From NCBI GenBank assembly GCA_000004695.1, contig CM000154.2, forward strand, positions 256,001-320,000: a DNA stretch of 64,000 nucleotides, given 5' to 3'. This document shows, piece after piece, positions 48,647 through 62,034 of the stretch. Under the pieces are notes generated by a model. The model was not told where the DNA came from, made no database searches, and saw only the letters and a list, made by a program, of their open reading frames with translations. The position numbers and the translations under genes were made by a program. How positions within the stretch are numbered: position 1 is the first letter of the stretch; the number at the start of each line of letters is the position of its first letter. The stretch comes from Dictyostelium discoideum. Taxonomy: Eukaryota.

Positions 48647-49960
48647 TTAAAAAGTAATAACAAAAACAAAAAATAATACTACAAATAAAGAGGTTATTGA
48701 TTGAGTGAGTTTAAATGAAGAATTACAGTATGAATCTCTAAAAAATGCATTCTTTCCACAATCATCACTTTCTTTAATATTATAACCACCTACTAAACCA
48801 CTACATATTTGTTTTTTACAATGTTTTGAAATACAGGATTTTGAGTTATATCTATAACCATCACCCATTGAGCACTTATTATCAAATGCACACTTATCCA
48901 AATCGTCTGAATAATAATATTTATCCATTTCTGGTGGAGTTGGATAAATTGTATAACATTCTTCATCTGAACAACTACATATTAGATCGGATGGACATTG
49001 GTTAGATGTAGCATTAGGATTACATGATTTTGTGCTTGGTTCAACGTATTCAATACAAATATCATATGAGCACTAAAATAATGATAATAAAAGAATTAAA
49101 TTAAAAAAAAAACAAGTTAATAATATTTTAAATTGTTTAATTTTAATTTTATTATTACTACTTACATATAATTCTTTATTGTAATCACAATTATTAATAG
49201 AGCAATCAGCACCTAATCCAACTAGTTTTGATTTAAAACAAACATTATTTTTACATGACATTTTACCAAAGCATTGGCTTGAGGAAGTGCACGATTCACC
49301 CTCAAATTTTATTTTTTTACAAGAATCATCTATACAATATTCATCATAATTACAATTTGAATCCGATCCATCACAATTTTTAGAAAGTTTCAATCTACAT
49401 TCCTTATTAGCACAAGAAAGTTGATCAGTTGCACAATCCGTATCTAATTCACAATACTCACCTAAAGTCGCGAAACTATGGTACAAACATCTTTTAACAT
49501 TATTTTTATCCAAAAGACATGAAGTGCCTGACAAAAATTGATATTAAATTAATATATAATAATATATTGCTATTATATTACAATATATTATTTTAATATA
49601 ATTTTTAAAAATTATAAAACGATAACTTACCACCAACACATAAATCTTTAAAATTACTAATTCCACATTCATCACCCTCTCCCAAGAATTTGGTACATTT
49701 TCTAATTTGACTTGATGGTAGAGAAGAGTTTTTAAAGCAAGTTGTACCATAGCTACAAGTTCCTATAGTCCCACACTTTTTTTTTTAATCAATTAAAATT
49801 ATTATTAATTATTTTTTTTTTTTTTTAATTAATTTTATTTTAATATTTTTAAAGATTTACATACAATATCATTTTCTTCCAAACAAATTGGACAACTACT
49901 ATTTACAACACTGTAAAAAAATAATATAAAAATAAATAATGGAAGTAAGTTTTTTTTCAT
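48647..49960 (-). CDS. Cys-rich secreted GPI-anchor-like protein, array member 3. Exons about: 49865..49960, 49630..49770, 49166..49527, 48647..49072
   Basis: Same architecture as member 1: signal exon MKKNLLPLFIFILFFYSVVNSSCPICLEENDI plus a GTATGT donor; ORFs 49073..49534 and 48647..48928 form exons 3 and 4; a GTAAGT donor lies at 49161-49165. Confidence 0.55.
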
Positions 49961-50317
49961 TTTTAGTTTTTGAATAATAAAAAAAAAAAAAAAAAAAATT
50001 CTTTTATTTATACAAAAATTCAAAGGCATTACTCTTAAAAATTTTTAATCAATCCTCTAATTTTTCAAATTTAAACTTTGCTTTCTTGGAAAATTTATAA
50101 TAATATCTTTTTTTCTCTTAAAAAAAAAAAAAATAACAAAAAAAGTGCTTGTCCTTTGTTCCAGGGAAAAATATCTTTTTTAAAAAAAATAAAAAATAAA
50201 TTTTTTTTTTTTTAGGGTTTGTTTATTTGAAAAAAGTTTTAAAAAAAAAAAAAAAATAAACTTTTTTTTCACACCAATCATTTTTTAACTAATAATTGTA
50301 ATTACCCATTTTTTTAT

Positions 50318-50348
<31 letters not shown>

Positions 50349-50748
50349 ACCCAAAAAAGAGTTGTTTTATTTACAAAGAGTAGTTTTATCAGTTCTGCTA
50401 CAATAAATTTTAATCACATTTTTTCTTGGTAAATTTTAAAAAAAAACAAAAAATAAAAAATAAAAAAAAAAAAACAATCAATTTTTAATTTAATTATTTA
50501 TATTTTATTTACTTATTTTTTTTATTGAAATTATATTTTATGTTTAAAATATATATCAACCATTAATGGGTAACAGAAAGAATTTCAATTTTTTTTAAAA
50601 AAAAATTACATTATGATCATTTATAAAAAACCATTTTAATATAATTATGATCATAAAAAACCATTTTAATATAATTAATTAAAATAAAAAATAAAAAATG
50701 ATTATTTAAATTTATTTTATTTTAATATTTTTATTACCAGAAATAAAA

Positions 50749-51902
50749 TTAAAAAGTAATTACAAAACCAAAAAATAAAATAATGAATAAAGAAGTTATT
50801 GATTGAGCGAGTTTAATTGAAGAATTACAGTATCTATCTCTAAAAAATGCATTCTTTCCACAATCGTCACTTTCTTTAGCACCAAAGGTATCTGAAAAAC
50901 CACATATTATTTCTTTACAATTTTTTGAAACACAGGATTTTGTATTATAAAAAAGTGATTCATCCAATGAGCATTTATTATCAAATGCACACTTATACAA
51001 ATCGTCTGAAGCTTTAAATCTTTCCATTGGGGTTGGTAAATATCTATAACATTTTTCATCTGAACAACTACATTTTTGAAGTTCTGAGCATTGACTATAA
51101 GTAGCATTAGGATTACATGATTTCTTTATTGGTTCAAAATATTCAATGCATATATCATCTGAGCACTTAATAATAATAATAATAATAATATTAAAAAAAA
51201 AAAAAAAAAAGTTAATAATATTTTAATTTATTTAATTTTATTTATTAACTACTTACATATAAATCTCTATTGTAATTACACACATCATATTTGCAATTAG
51301 CACCTAATCCAAGGAGTTGATTAGAGCAAACATTATTTTTACAAGACATTGGACCTAAACACTGGCTATTATAAATGCACGATTCACCCTCCAATTTTAT
51401 TTTTGCACAAGAATTTCCTAAACAATATTCATCATAATTACAATTGGAATTCAAACCATTACAATTTGCAGAAGGTTTCAATCTACATTCATTGTTATTA
51501 CAAACAAGTTCATCAGTTGCACAATCAGTATTTAATTCACAATATTCAGTTAAAGTTGCGAATTTATTTGAAAAACATCTGTAAATTTTATTTTTATCCA
51601 TAAGACATAAAGTACCTGACAAAAATTGATATTTTTTATTAATATATATGTATTAAAATTCTATATATTTTTTTAATATAATTTTTAAAAATTATAAAAC
51701 TATAACTTACCCTCAATACATAAATCTCTTAAATTACCAGCTCCACATTCATCACCCTCTCTCAAGTATTTGGTACATTTTAAATTTTGATTCGATGGTT
51801 CATAAGTATTATTAAAGCAAGTTGTATCATAGCTACACATTTCATGATTGTTAATTCCACACTTTATTTTTTATAATCAATTAATATAATTTCAATATTA
51901 AA

Positions 51903-51933
<31 letters not shown>

Positions 51934-52057
51934 ATTATTATTTTATTATTTTAAATTATTTACATACAATATCATTTTCTTTCAAACAAATTTGACAACT
52001 ATTTACAACACTAAATAAAAATATAAAAATAAATAATGGAATTAAGTTTCTTTTCAT
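50749..52057 (-). CDS. Cys-rich secreted GPI-anchor-like protein, array member 4
   Basis: Signal exon (MKRNLIPLFIFIFLFSVVNSCQICLKENDI) at about 51963..52057. Exon 3 is ORF 51245..51622 and exon 4 is ORF 50749..51027 extended to about 51168. All are in frame. Confidence 0.55.
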
Positions 52058-52655
52058 TTTTAGTTTTTGGATAATAAAAAAAAAAATTTATAAAAAAAAT
52101 TATTTACTTTTTTTCCTCTCCCAGTTTTTCTTTTGGGAAAAAAAAAAAAAAAAAAATAGAAAAAAAAAAATTACTTATTCTTCTTTATTTTCTAGGGAAA
52201 AATATCTTTATAAAAAATAAAATTAAAAAATTAAAAAAAAAGAAAAAAAAAAAAGAAAAAAAAAAAGAAAAAAAAAAATTACTTATTCTTTATTTTATAG
52301 GAAAAATATATTTTTAAAAAATAAAATAAAAAAATAAAAAAATTAAAAATAAAAAAAAAAAAAAAAAAATTTTAGGAGTAAGAATTCTTTGATTACTGAA
52401 AAAAAAAAATCTACAGGTTGGTCATTTCTTTTAGAATAATTTTAAAATCATATTTTCTTGATAAATAAATAAAAAAATAAAAAAAAAAAAAAAAACTAAA
52501 ATAAAATAAAATAATTTTAAAAACACACAACCAATACATATGAAATTTATATTAAAAATGGTACACACATCTAACAATTGTAACTAAGTGATATTTATTT
52601 TAAAAAATTAATAATAAAAAATAATTGAATTCAAAAGATATTGTTTTAATAGTTT

Positions 52656-53111
52656 TTAAAAAATAATTTGAAAAACAATAAATAAAACAATAAGTAAATA
52701 GGTTAATGACTGAGAGATTTTAGATGAAGAGTTACTACTGCAAAATAATAAATCTGCTCTAAGTTCTTCCTTTCCACAATCATCTTCTTCTTTAACCTTG
52801 TAATCACCAACATAACGTTGACAAATTTCTTTTCTACAATGTTTTGAAAGACAGGACTCTGATGAATATAAATTAACATTAAGTGAGCACTTGTTATCAT
52901 ATGCGCACTTTTCCAATTGGGATGATGCAATCATTTTGAGACTTTCTGGTGGATATATACCAGACTGATAACATTCATGATCTGAACAACTACAAGTTTG
53001 ATATGCTGAGCATTCGCTAACTGTAGCATTTGGACTACATGATTTTGGACTTGGTTGTACAAATTCTTGACAAATATTATCTGAACACTATAATAATAAT
53101 AATAATAAAAT

Positions 53112-53181
<70 letters not shown>

Positions 53182-53654
53182 CAGTTTAAAAAACTTACAT
53201 ATAATCCTTTATTGTAATCACAAAAACCATTATAATAACAATAATCATTATTGTTGTCACAATTATAAGTACCCAAACAACTACCACCTAATTCAATGAG
53301 TTGTGGATTGCCACAAACTCCGCTATTACATGTCAATCCACCTAAACAATCTCGTGAATAATTGCATGGTGAACCTTGTGTATTAATTTTTTGACATACA
53401 CAATTTGAACTTGCTGTACAATAACAATATTCATCATAATTGCAACTTTCATCAATATCATGACAGTGTGTATATTTAGTAGGGTCATGTGAACATACAT
53501 TATTAATACAATCAAGTTGATCAACACAATCAGATTGTAATTGACACTGTTCACCAAGAGATCTAAAACCGTAATCCAAACATCTATAAACATTACTTTT
53601 ATCCAAAATACAACTAGTACCTGTTAAGAGGAAATTTGATTTATATTTAAATTA

Positions 53655-53689
<35 letters not shown>

Positions 53690-53876
53690 TTGTGACATAC
53701 CAAGAATACATAAATAAACACCTGGATCACATTTATCACCACTTTTCAAGTATTTGGTACATCTTGGGGAAGAAGAGTTATTGCTCAAGCATTTTGTATC
53801 ATCACTACATGTTCCTCCTGAGTCACACTATTTCATTTTTATTTTTATTTTTATTTTTTATATTAATAATATTAAT

Positions 53877-53924
<48 letters not shown>

Positions 53925-54036
53925 CAATTTATTTACATACAATGTCATTTTCTTTCAAACAATTTGGACAACTACTATTTACAACATTGTAAAATAAAAT
54001 TAATAGAATAATAAATAAAATTGAGTTAATTTTCAT
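52656..54036 (-). CDS. Cys-rich secreted GPI-anchor-like protein, array member 5
   Basis: Signal exon MKINSILFIILLILFYNVVNSSCPNCLKENDI at about 53943..54036. Exon 3 is ORF 53181..53606 and exon 4 is ORF 52656..52934 extended to about 53090. Confidence 0.55.
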
Positions 54037-54647
54037 TTAAGTTTTTTTTTTTTTTTTTATAACTTTATGATAATAAAAATAAAATAATATTGGAGATAAT
54101 AAAGAATATCGATAAAAAAAAAAATTAAAAAAAAAAAAAAAAGAAAAAAAAAAAGAAAAAAAAAAAAAATTAAAAACCAAAAAAACCAATTTTTATACCC
54201 CCTTAACACATCAATTAATAATTATATTTTTCAATATTATTTGAAAAGCCACGTGTTTTAATATCGTCTTCATTTCCTAAAAAAACAATATCTTTTTTTT
54301 TTTTTTTTTTAATTCAACCAAACAATTTTCAATTTACAATTTCTTTCAAACAAAAAAAAAAAAAAAAAAAAGCTATTACCAAAAGAAATTAATGAAAATC
54401 AAAACTAAAATTAAATTAGATTTTTTTTTTTTAAATTTTTTTTTGTTAATTTTAATTTTGATTTTCATGTATTTTTTTTAAAAAATATCTTATTTTTTTT
54501 TTTTCGCACTAAATATCAAATTATTAATAAAAAAAAAAAAAAAACAAATTTGGCCCGAACTATGAAGTAAATTGTTATTTAATTTTTAAATAATCAAATA
54601 ATTGTTTAAAATAAGTTTAAATTGTTTTTGTTATATAAATTATTTTT

Positions 54648-54707
<60 letters not shown>

Positions 54708-54839
54708 GTATTTTAACACCAGTTATACATAGTGTATTTTAGTTGTCCCATGCCAAAATTTAGTGTGAAAACTCACTGCCTTTTAGATAGAAAAATTTTC
54801 AAAAAAAAATACAAAAATAAGAGATAAAATAATGAATAT

Positions 54840-55500
54840 ACACACCAGGTATCAAATCATTTGAATAATATTTAGCATTTTCTATTGGATTTGATCGTGC
54901 ATTATAACATTTGCTATCAGAACAGCCACAAGTTAGATAGCCGGGACATGTATTATTTGTATCATTTGGATTGCATGAACTTAAGCTTGGTTCGACATAT
55001 TCTATGCAAATATCATTTGAGCACTAAATAATAATAATAATTATATTAATATTAATAATAATAATAATAATAATAAATGTTAATTATTATTGTACCATTT
55101 TATTTGAATTAAACTCCATTTCAAAACATACATTAATCCTTTATTATAATCACAAACACCGTTTCCTGAACAATCTCCACCTACTTCAAAGAGTGACCTT
55201 TGAACACAACTATTTCTTTTCCCACATATCAAACTACCTAAGCAATTATTTGTTTTAGTACAATTTTCACCCTACAACTTGATTAATTTGCAAGAACTAC
55301 TGTAACCTACATTAGGGGTATATCCAGTTGTTTCACAATACTCGTTATAATTGCAATTGGCGTCATTACTGGCACAATCTTTTGAATACAATTTACATTT
55401 TAAACAAACAAATTCATCAGTAGCACAATTTAAATTTAATTCACAGTTTTCACCAAGAGTTGAAAACTCAAAATCCAAACATTGGTAAACTTTTTTTTTT
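54840..55500 (-). pseudogene. Array member 6, truncated and degenerate (exon 3/4-like only)
   Basis: Exon-4-like sequence at 54840..55020 and exon-3-like sequence with frameshifts (only ORF 55272..55478). No signal-peptide or exon-2 equivalents lie upstream. Confidence 0.45.
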
Positions 55501-56970
55501 ATCCAAAAGACATTTCATTTTATTTTTTTTTTTTTTTCTTTATTTATTAAATCCAAAATAAAAATTTTTTGAAAAAAAAAACTAACAACCAATCCACGGT
55601 CAATCTAAATTTTAAAATTTTTTTTTTTATTTTTTTAATCTTTTCCTAGATTCCCAAAAAAAAATACGTTTCCAAAGCATAATTCCCCTAAAAAATTTTT
55701 AAAAAAAATATTTTAGAAACACAAAAGATATTTAAATTTTTTCCCTAGGTTTCTAAAAAAAAAAGAAAAAAATAAAAACATAATTCTTTTTTTTTTTTAT
55801 TTTTTTTTTTTGATCTTATCATCTTTTGGTGATCAAACCAATAATTTCTTAAATCTTTTTTTTTTTTTTTTTAATGCTTTTTTTTAATTATTTTATACTC
55901 TTAACAATTAATAAAAAGAAAAAAAAATAAAAAAAATTTCTAACTTTTGATTTTAATCATTTTCTTGTAAATGACAGAATAATTCTCTTTATTTAAAATA
56001 ATCCAGTAGAATATCAATTTTTTTTTTTAAAAAAAAAAAAAAAACATTTTTAAAATATTATTAGTCCTTTTCGTTTTATATTTTTTTAAAATATTATTAG
56101 TACTTTTCATTTAATATTTTTTTATATTGAACTGGTATAAAAAAAGTTTTTGGGTTGAAAAAAAAAAATTGGTGAGGAAAAAAAAAAAAAAAAATTAAAA
56201 ATAAATTAAATTAGGTAAAATTAAAATCAAATTAATAAACCTGTTCATTATTTAGTTTTCATTGAAAAAATTTTAATACAAATAAAAAAAAACAAATAAT
56301 GAATGAGTATAAAAAAAAAAATTTATGAGGAAAAAAAAAATTAGTGGGAAAATAAAGATTTTAAAAAGCAAAAAAAGAAAAAAAAAAAAAAGGTGGAAAA
56401 TTCCACAATAAAATTTTAACTCAATATAATAAAAATGCCTCAATTAATAATAATGTTTTAAAATTTCAGATGTATCATTCATCCATATGATGTTTCTGAA
56501 ACCAATAAATTCCCTTCACATGGACTTCTGATGATCCTCTTGATATAGCCATCAACCTTCAAGATTGTTATGAATATAGTATACAAGTTTGAATGATAAT
56601 TTTTTGATCACTTTAAACCTACCAAAAAACACAACACCATAAACAAATATATTTTTAAAATAATTAAACCAAATTAATATATGTATTATTATTTTTTTTT
56701 TTTCCACACATATTTTTTTTTAATAGGAATTTTTTTTTTTATTCCAGTTCATTTCCTATTTTTTTTTTTTACAAAATGGTTATAAAAACTTTATATTAAA
56801 ATTTAATATTATTATTATTAGAGTTTTCCAATTATTTTTTCCAGTATACTATTATTTATATTTTTAATATTAAGATGATAGAAATGAATTTATATTTTTT
56901 ATTTATTTATTTATACAACTTTTTATTAAATTTTATAAAAAATTAATTTTTATTTTTTTTAATTCAATTA

Positions 56971-57780
56971 TTAAAATAAATCTTTTAATCTTGATAATAA
57001 TAATGATCTACTATAGAGTGTATCACTTGATAATAAAATTTGTTTAATTAAAATATTCATATGACTCATATAAAGGGCATCAGTTAAAATGAATTGGGAA
57101 TAAAGGTTAACTTCATTAATAAAATTTGGCATTAAATTTGCAATTTCATTGAGAGGAGTTTTCAAATTATTTAAATGTGAAGAAACTGATAATACTGATT
57201 TAATGACCAATTCATAATTACTGATTACAACTTGATAGGTGGCAACATTTGGTGAATTTGGTGATAAGGAATTTTTTGTATTATTCATTAAAGTTGCTAA
57301 TGTTATAGCTGATTGTTTAACTGAATCAATATTTGTAATTAAATTATTAATTGATGATGAAATTGTATTAAATCTACTTGTATCCATATTTGTAAATTTT
57401 GTAAGAGTATTTAAATAACCAACTGTATTATTTAAACTAACAATTCCCAAATTATTTGCATTATTATATAAGGAAATTAAATTTTGATAATGTGATGATG
57501 CTCCAAATAAATCATTATTTGATAATGCAATTATATTATTTAAAAAATATTTACTAAATGTAATATTAAACACATCCGATGGGTTTTCAACTTGAATTGA
57601 ACTTGCCAAAATTAAAATACTTGTTTGATCATCATTAAGAAGTAACGAAGCACGTGAAAAATCAGCCGGTGTCATAATACTGGAGCCTGTAATTGGGACA
57701 TAATTTGAAATTAGTGAATTGGAAAAACTGAAAAGAGAAACTAAATAAATTAAAAAGAAAATTGAATAAAATTTAAACAT
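56971..57780 (-). CDS. Secreted Asn/Ser-rich protein (269 aa), unknown function
   Basis: ORF with an N-terminal signal peptide (MFKFYSIFFLIYLVSLFSFSNS) and many N-x-S/T sequons. Confidence 0.5.
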   Translation of the reverse strand: MFKFYSIFFLIYLVSLFSFSNSLISNYVPITGSSIMTPADFSRASLLLNDDQTSILILASSIQVENPSDVFNITFSKYFLNNIIALSNNDLFGASSHYQNLISLYNNANNLGIVSLNNTVGYLNTLTKFTNMDTSRFNTISSSINNLITNIDSVKQSAITLATLMNNTKNSLSPNSPNVATYQVVISNYELVIKSVLSVSSHLNNLKTPLNEIANLMPNFINEVNLYSQFILTDALYMSHMNILIKQILLSSDTLYSRSLLLSRLKDLF

Positions 57781-58012
57781 TGTGTGTTTTTAATAATAAA
57801 AATAATTAAAGTATATTGAAATATAATTTTGATGAATAAAATAAATAAAGTAAATAATTATTTATAAAAAAATATTGTAATTTTGATTTAATAAAAAAAA
57901 AAAAAAAACTCTGTTTAAATAAGAAAAAAAAAAAATGTAAACTTTACAAGAATTATTTTTTTTTTTTTTTTTTTTATAAACTAAGAATCATACTCAAAAC
58001 TTGAGATTTGGT

Positions 58013-58043
<31 letters not shown>

Positions 58044-58531
58044 GTAAAGCTCAAAAACACACTTCATTTTAACTTATTTTTAAAGTCATGACAAAAATAT
58101 CACAAAGTTTTACAAAAAAAAAAAAAATTAATGGTATTATTTTATTTATTTTTATTTTTTTTAATTATTTATTTCTGGTTCTTTTGCCACATATGCGAAT
58201 TTTTCTTTTTATTTAAGGAATTATTATTGTGGTGGGTTGAATGATTCTTTATTTTTTTGGAAAAAAAGGAAAAAGCCTTGTGAATAAAGAAAAAAAAACT
58301 TGAAAAAAAGGAAATACTGAGAATTTCTCTATTTTTTTTTTTTTTCATGAATTTTTACATGTAAAAAAAAAAAAGTGAACAAGAAATGATTGAAAACTGT
58401 TTTTTTTTTTTTTTTTTTTTTCAGTTCGACCACCACCATATGGTGGTATTATTCTTGAAATCAAAAAGGAACACTAAAATCTTAGGAACCTAAATTATTT
58501 GAAATTAATATAAAAAAGAGAAATCTTTTTC

Positions 58532-58843
58532 TTATGATTTATCTAGTTCTGCACTATCTTCATATTGATGTTCATATGCTATTGTTGATAAATTAATATC
58601 AGGAGAAACTGCTTTTTCATCTTCTTCTGCAACTGCATTTAAATTATCATCAAAACTACTCTTATCATTAAATGAAAATGTATCTACTAAATATTTCTTT
58701 GTCATATATCTTTTATAAACCAATGAAATTATAACTAGTGATAAAATTGATGCTGTTCCTAAAATAGTTAAAATAATAACAATATTCCTTGTTCTATAAT
58801 TTTTTTGTGGTTTTCTTGTATGAATTGGAATTTCTGATGTTCC

Positions 58844-58885
<42 letters not shown>

Positions 58886-59396
58886 AGTTGTTGTTGTTGT
58901 TGTTGTTGTTGTTGTTGATATTCCTGTAGTTGTTGATACTCCTGTTGTTGTTGGTATATTAGTTGGTGCTTCTGTTGGTGAACTGCATGGATAATAATCA
59001 GTATTAATTTTAGTATCATCTTGATAGAAATTGCATTCTTTGCAACCACAAATAGTATTATTTGATATTGTCATAAGTTTAAGGTATACGGTAGAGTTAT
59101 TACCAATGATTGGAGATTGACTAAAAGATAGATTTAAATTGGTTAAAGTTAAAAAACTATTGATAGAGTTGAATAAACGATTTGAAGAGATTAAAGGAAA
59201 AAACAGTTTAAACTCAAATTCCAGTGTACTATTTTCTATATAGACTAAATCATTTTCAATTGTATTTGATGGTGAATACTTTAAATAATCCTTTAAAAAT
59301 AAATTTGATTCTTTTAGTACTGTAAATGCTGATTCAAATTTATATTGACCATATGTTGAATTTTGGTTAATTGCAATACTACTACTACTACTTCTA

Positions 59397-59429
<33 letters not shown>

Positions 59430-60475
59430 GTAGTAATATTTGAGAATTTAATATTTTCTAATCTTGTTAAAACTGATGATGAAAAAGGAGAGAAACATTT
59501 ATAAAAATATATAAATGTGGATAATTGATTATTAAAGAAATTAAAATCTAGTAATCTAACAGTTGAGTTGATTGATAATATGAATGGACTTGAAAAATAA
59601 CTATTTGATATTGACTCCAACCCTGAATTTGACACATCACCAGACCTTATGAATATAAAAGGCGTTGACAAGAACTCACTATTCTCCACATCTAAAATAT
59701 AAACAATACTGCCACCCACTATATAAATTGGTGAAATAAAATCACCATTGGATACCAATGCATTTGTTGATGGTGATGGTGATGGTGGTGACCTTAAGTT
59801 ATAACCAGTTGTTGAAATAAAGTAAACCAATATTGAGTCTTTTTTATAAACAATTTCATCAGCATCACTGTCATTTATCGGATAAATATTAATTATACTA
59901 CTTGAAGAAATTATATTTACAAATCTAAAAAATATTGCAACATATTTTGAACTATCTTGTGGAGTTGGGTTTGTTTCTTGATTGATGTTAATTTTCACAA
60001 TTGTTTGATCCCAATTTGTAAAATTAATACCTGCAAAAAGGAACCGTCTCTGTGTTGCACACGGGTAGGTTGAATTTGGTTGAACTGCTTCTTGAATGCT
60101 AAGAAATGGCTGTGTTGTCGAGCTGCCACCTCCATCAATGTTTACATTGGTCGTGTCACTACTTGATTTAATCCATAAAATACCACAATAATTATATAAA
60201 TTTCCTAATGTAACCGCTGTTGTAATTGATGATTGGTTGATATCGCCACTAATGATAATGCTATTTGGATTATTTTGATTTTCAATTTTTGATAATAAAA
60301 TCGCTCTATTCCCAGCATCCTCTAATGATGTACATACTGGTTCATCTGCTAAACCACACTCTTCAAATGAATTATAATTTCTTTCAACATTATAATTAAC
60401 TGCAATATCAAAAGAAATCACAAAAGTATTATAATATAAAATAATTAATATATAAAAATAAATTTTTTTAATCAT
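58532..60475 (-). CDS. Type I membrane glycoprotein: signal peptide, large N-glycan-rich ectodomain, poly-Thr mucin-like stalk, one TM helix, acidic cytoplasmic tail
   Basis: The ORF track entry 58532..60613 most plausibly starts at the internal MIKKIYFYILIILYYNTFVISF (ATG at about 60475). A (ACA/ACT)n-encoded T26 stalk precedes the TM helix IVIILTILGTASILSLVIISLV and the tail KRYMTKKY...EDEKAVSPD. Confidence 0.6.
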
Positions 60476-62003
60476 ATATGATAATTTTATAATTCTTTTT
60501 TTTTTTTTTTCAGTATTGGTTTGAATTAAAAAAAAAAAAAGTTTTATCAAAAAAAAAAAACTTTTTTTTTTGATTTTTTTTTTTTCAAATAAAATCTCTT
60601 TGGTAATTACCAAAAAATTTTAAAAAAAAAAAATAAAAAATTAATGGTGGGTTTTTTTTTTTTTTTTTTAATTCAAACCAATTGTTTGATCCCAATTTGT
60701 AAAATTAATACCTGCAAAAAGGTTGAACACAATCTTTTACTTAAAATGAACATTGTATATACAAGTATTTACTTTAAAAATTTATATTTATGGTTTTGAT
60801 TATTTTAATAATAAAATAAAATAAAATAAAATAAAATAAAATAAAAAATTATTTAAGTAACAAAATAAATCAATGACATTTGAAGAGGTTTTTTTTTTAT
60901 TTTTTTTTTTTATTTACCCATGGTCATATTAAAGTAATTAAAATTCTCTTTTTTGTTTATTATTATTTTTTTTTTTTTTTTTTCAAAAAAATTTTGTTTT
61001 TAAGATTTTTTTTTTTTTTTTATAGTTATAAAAATAAACTGATAAATAATGAAGTGTTGTGGATGAGAAAAAAAAAACTAAAAAAAAAAAAAAAAAAAAT
61101 ACAAGTTATTTTTTTTTTTTTTTCACAAAATTATTTTTTATAACGAATATTTGACAAAACATATTAGGTTCTTGAACTTTTTTTTTTTTTTTGGGTGGCA
61201 GGAGATTTTTGCAGAAAAAAAATTGGTAAAAATAGACAACAACCTCATACTGATGTCCAAGATATTTTTTTTTTTTTTCTTTTACAAAAAATTAATTTTT
61301 ATTTTTAATTTTTTTTTTTGATAACTTATAATTAAATAAAGATTTTCAATTTTTTACATTATTCAAAATTATCTTGTTGCACTTATAAAAGTGGGGAAAA
61401 AAAATAAAAAAAAATTGAAATTTTAACCCTTATGAAAAATAAAAAAATCTAATACAAAAAATGTTGTAAAAAAAAAAAAATAATAAAAAGAAAACAACAA
61501 AAATATTATGAACTGATTAAAGTTAAAATAAAAGTTAAAAAAGTAACAAACATTGCTCATTTGAGATCGAATTCAACAATTGTTTAATCTTTCTTCCCAA
61601 ATCTATTTAAACTTTTGCTCTGAGCCATTCTAATTGTGATTTAGACCAAATTATTTTTCTTAAAACTCAGTTATCTGGTTTGGATGTCCCATGCCAAAAT
61701 TACTATGGTAATTCACCAGCCATATTAATTTCAGCATATAACACCTGTTTTTAGGCTGAAATTAATATGTTAAAATTGTCCTGCTGAAATTAATATGTCT
61801 AAATGAAATTAATATATAAATACAAAAAAAAATAAATGAATAAAAATCACCAAAAAAAAAAAAATCTTTTTGTTCATTCCCACAATTACAAAAAATGAAA
61901 ACTAATTATTTTTTAATTTATTTAATTTTATTTAGTTATTTATAAATATTAATTATTACAATATATAATATAAAAACAATACAAACTTTGTTTTGTTGAT
62001 TTG

Positions 62004-62027
<24 letters not shown>

Positions 62028-62034
<7 letters not shown>

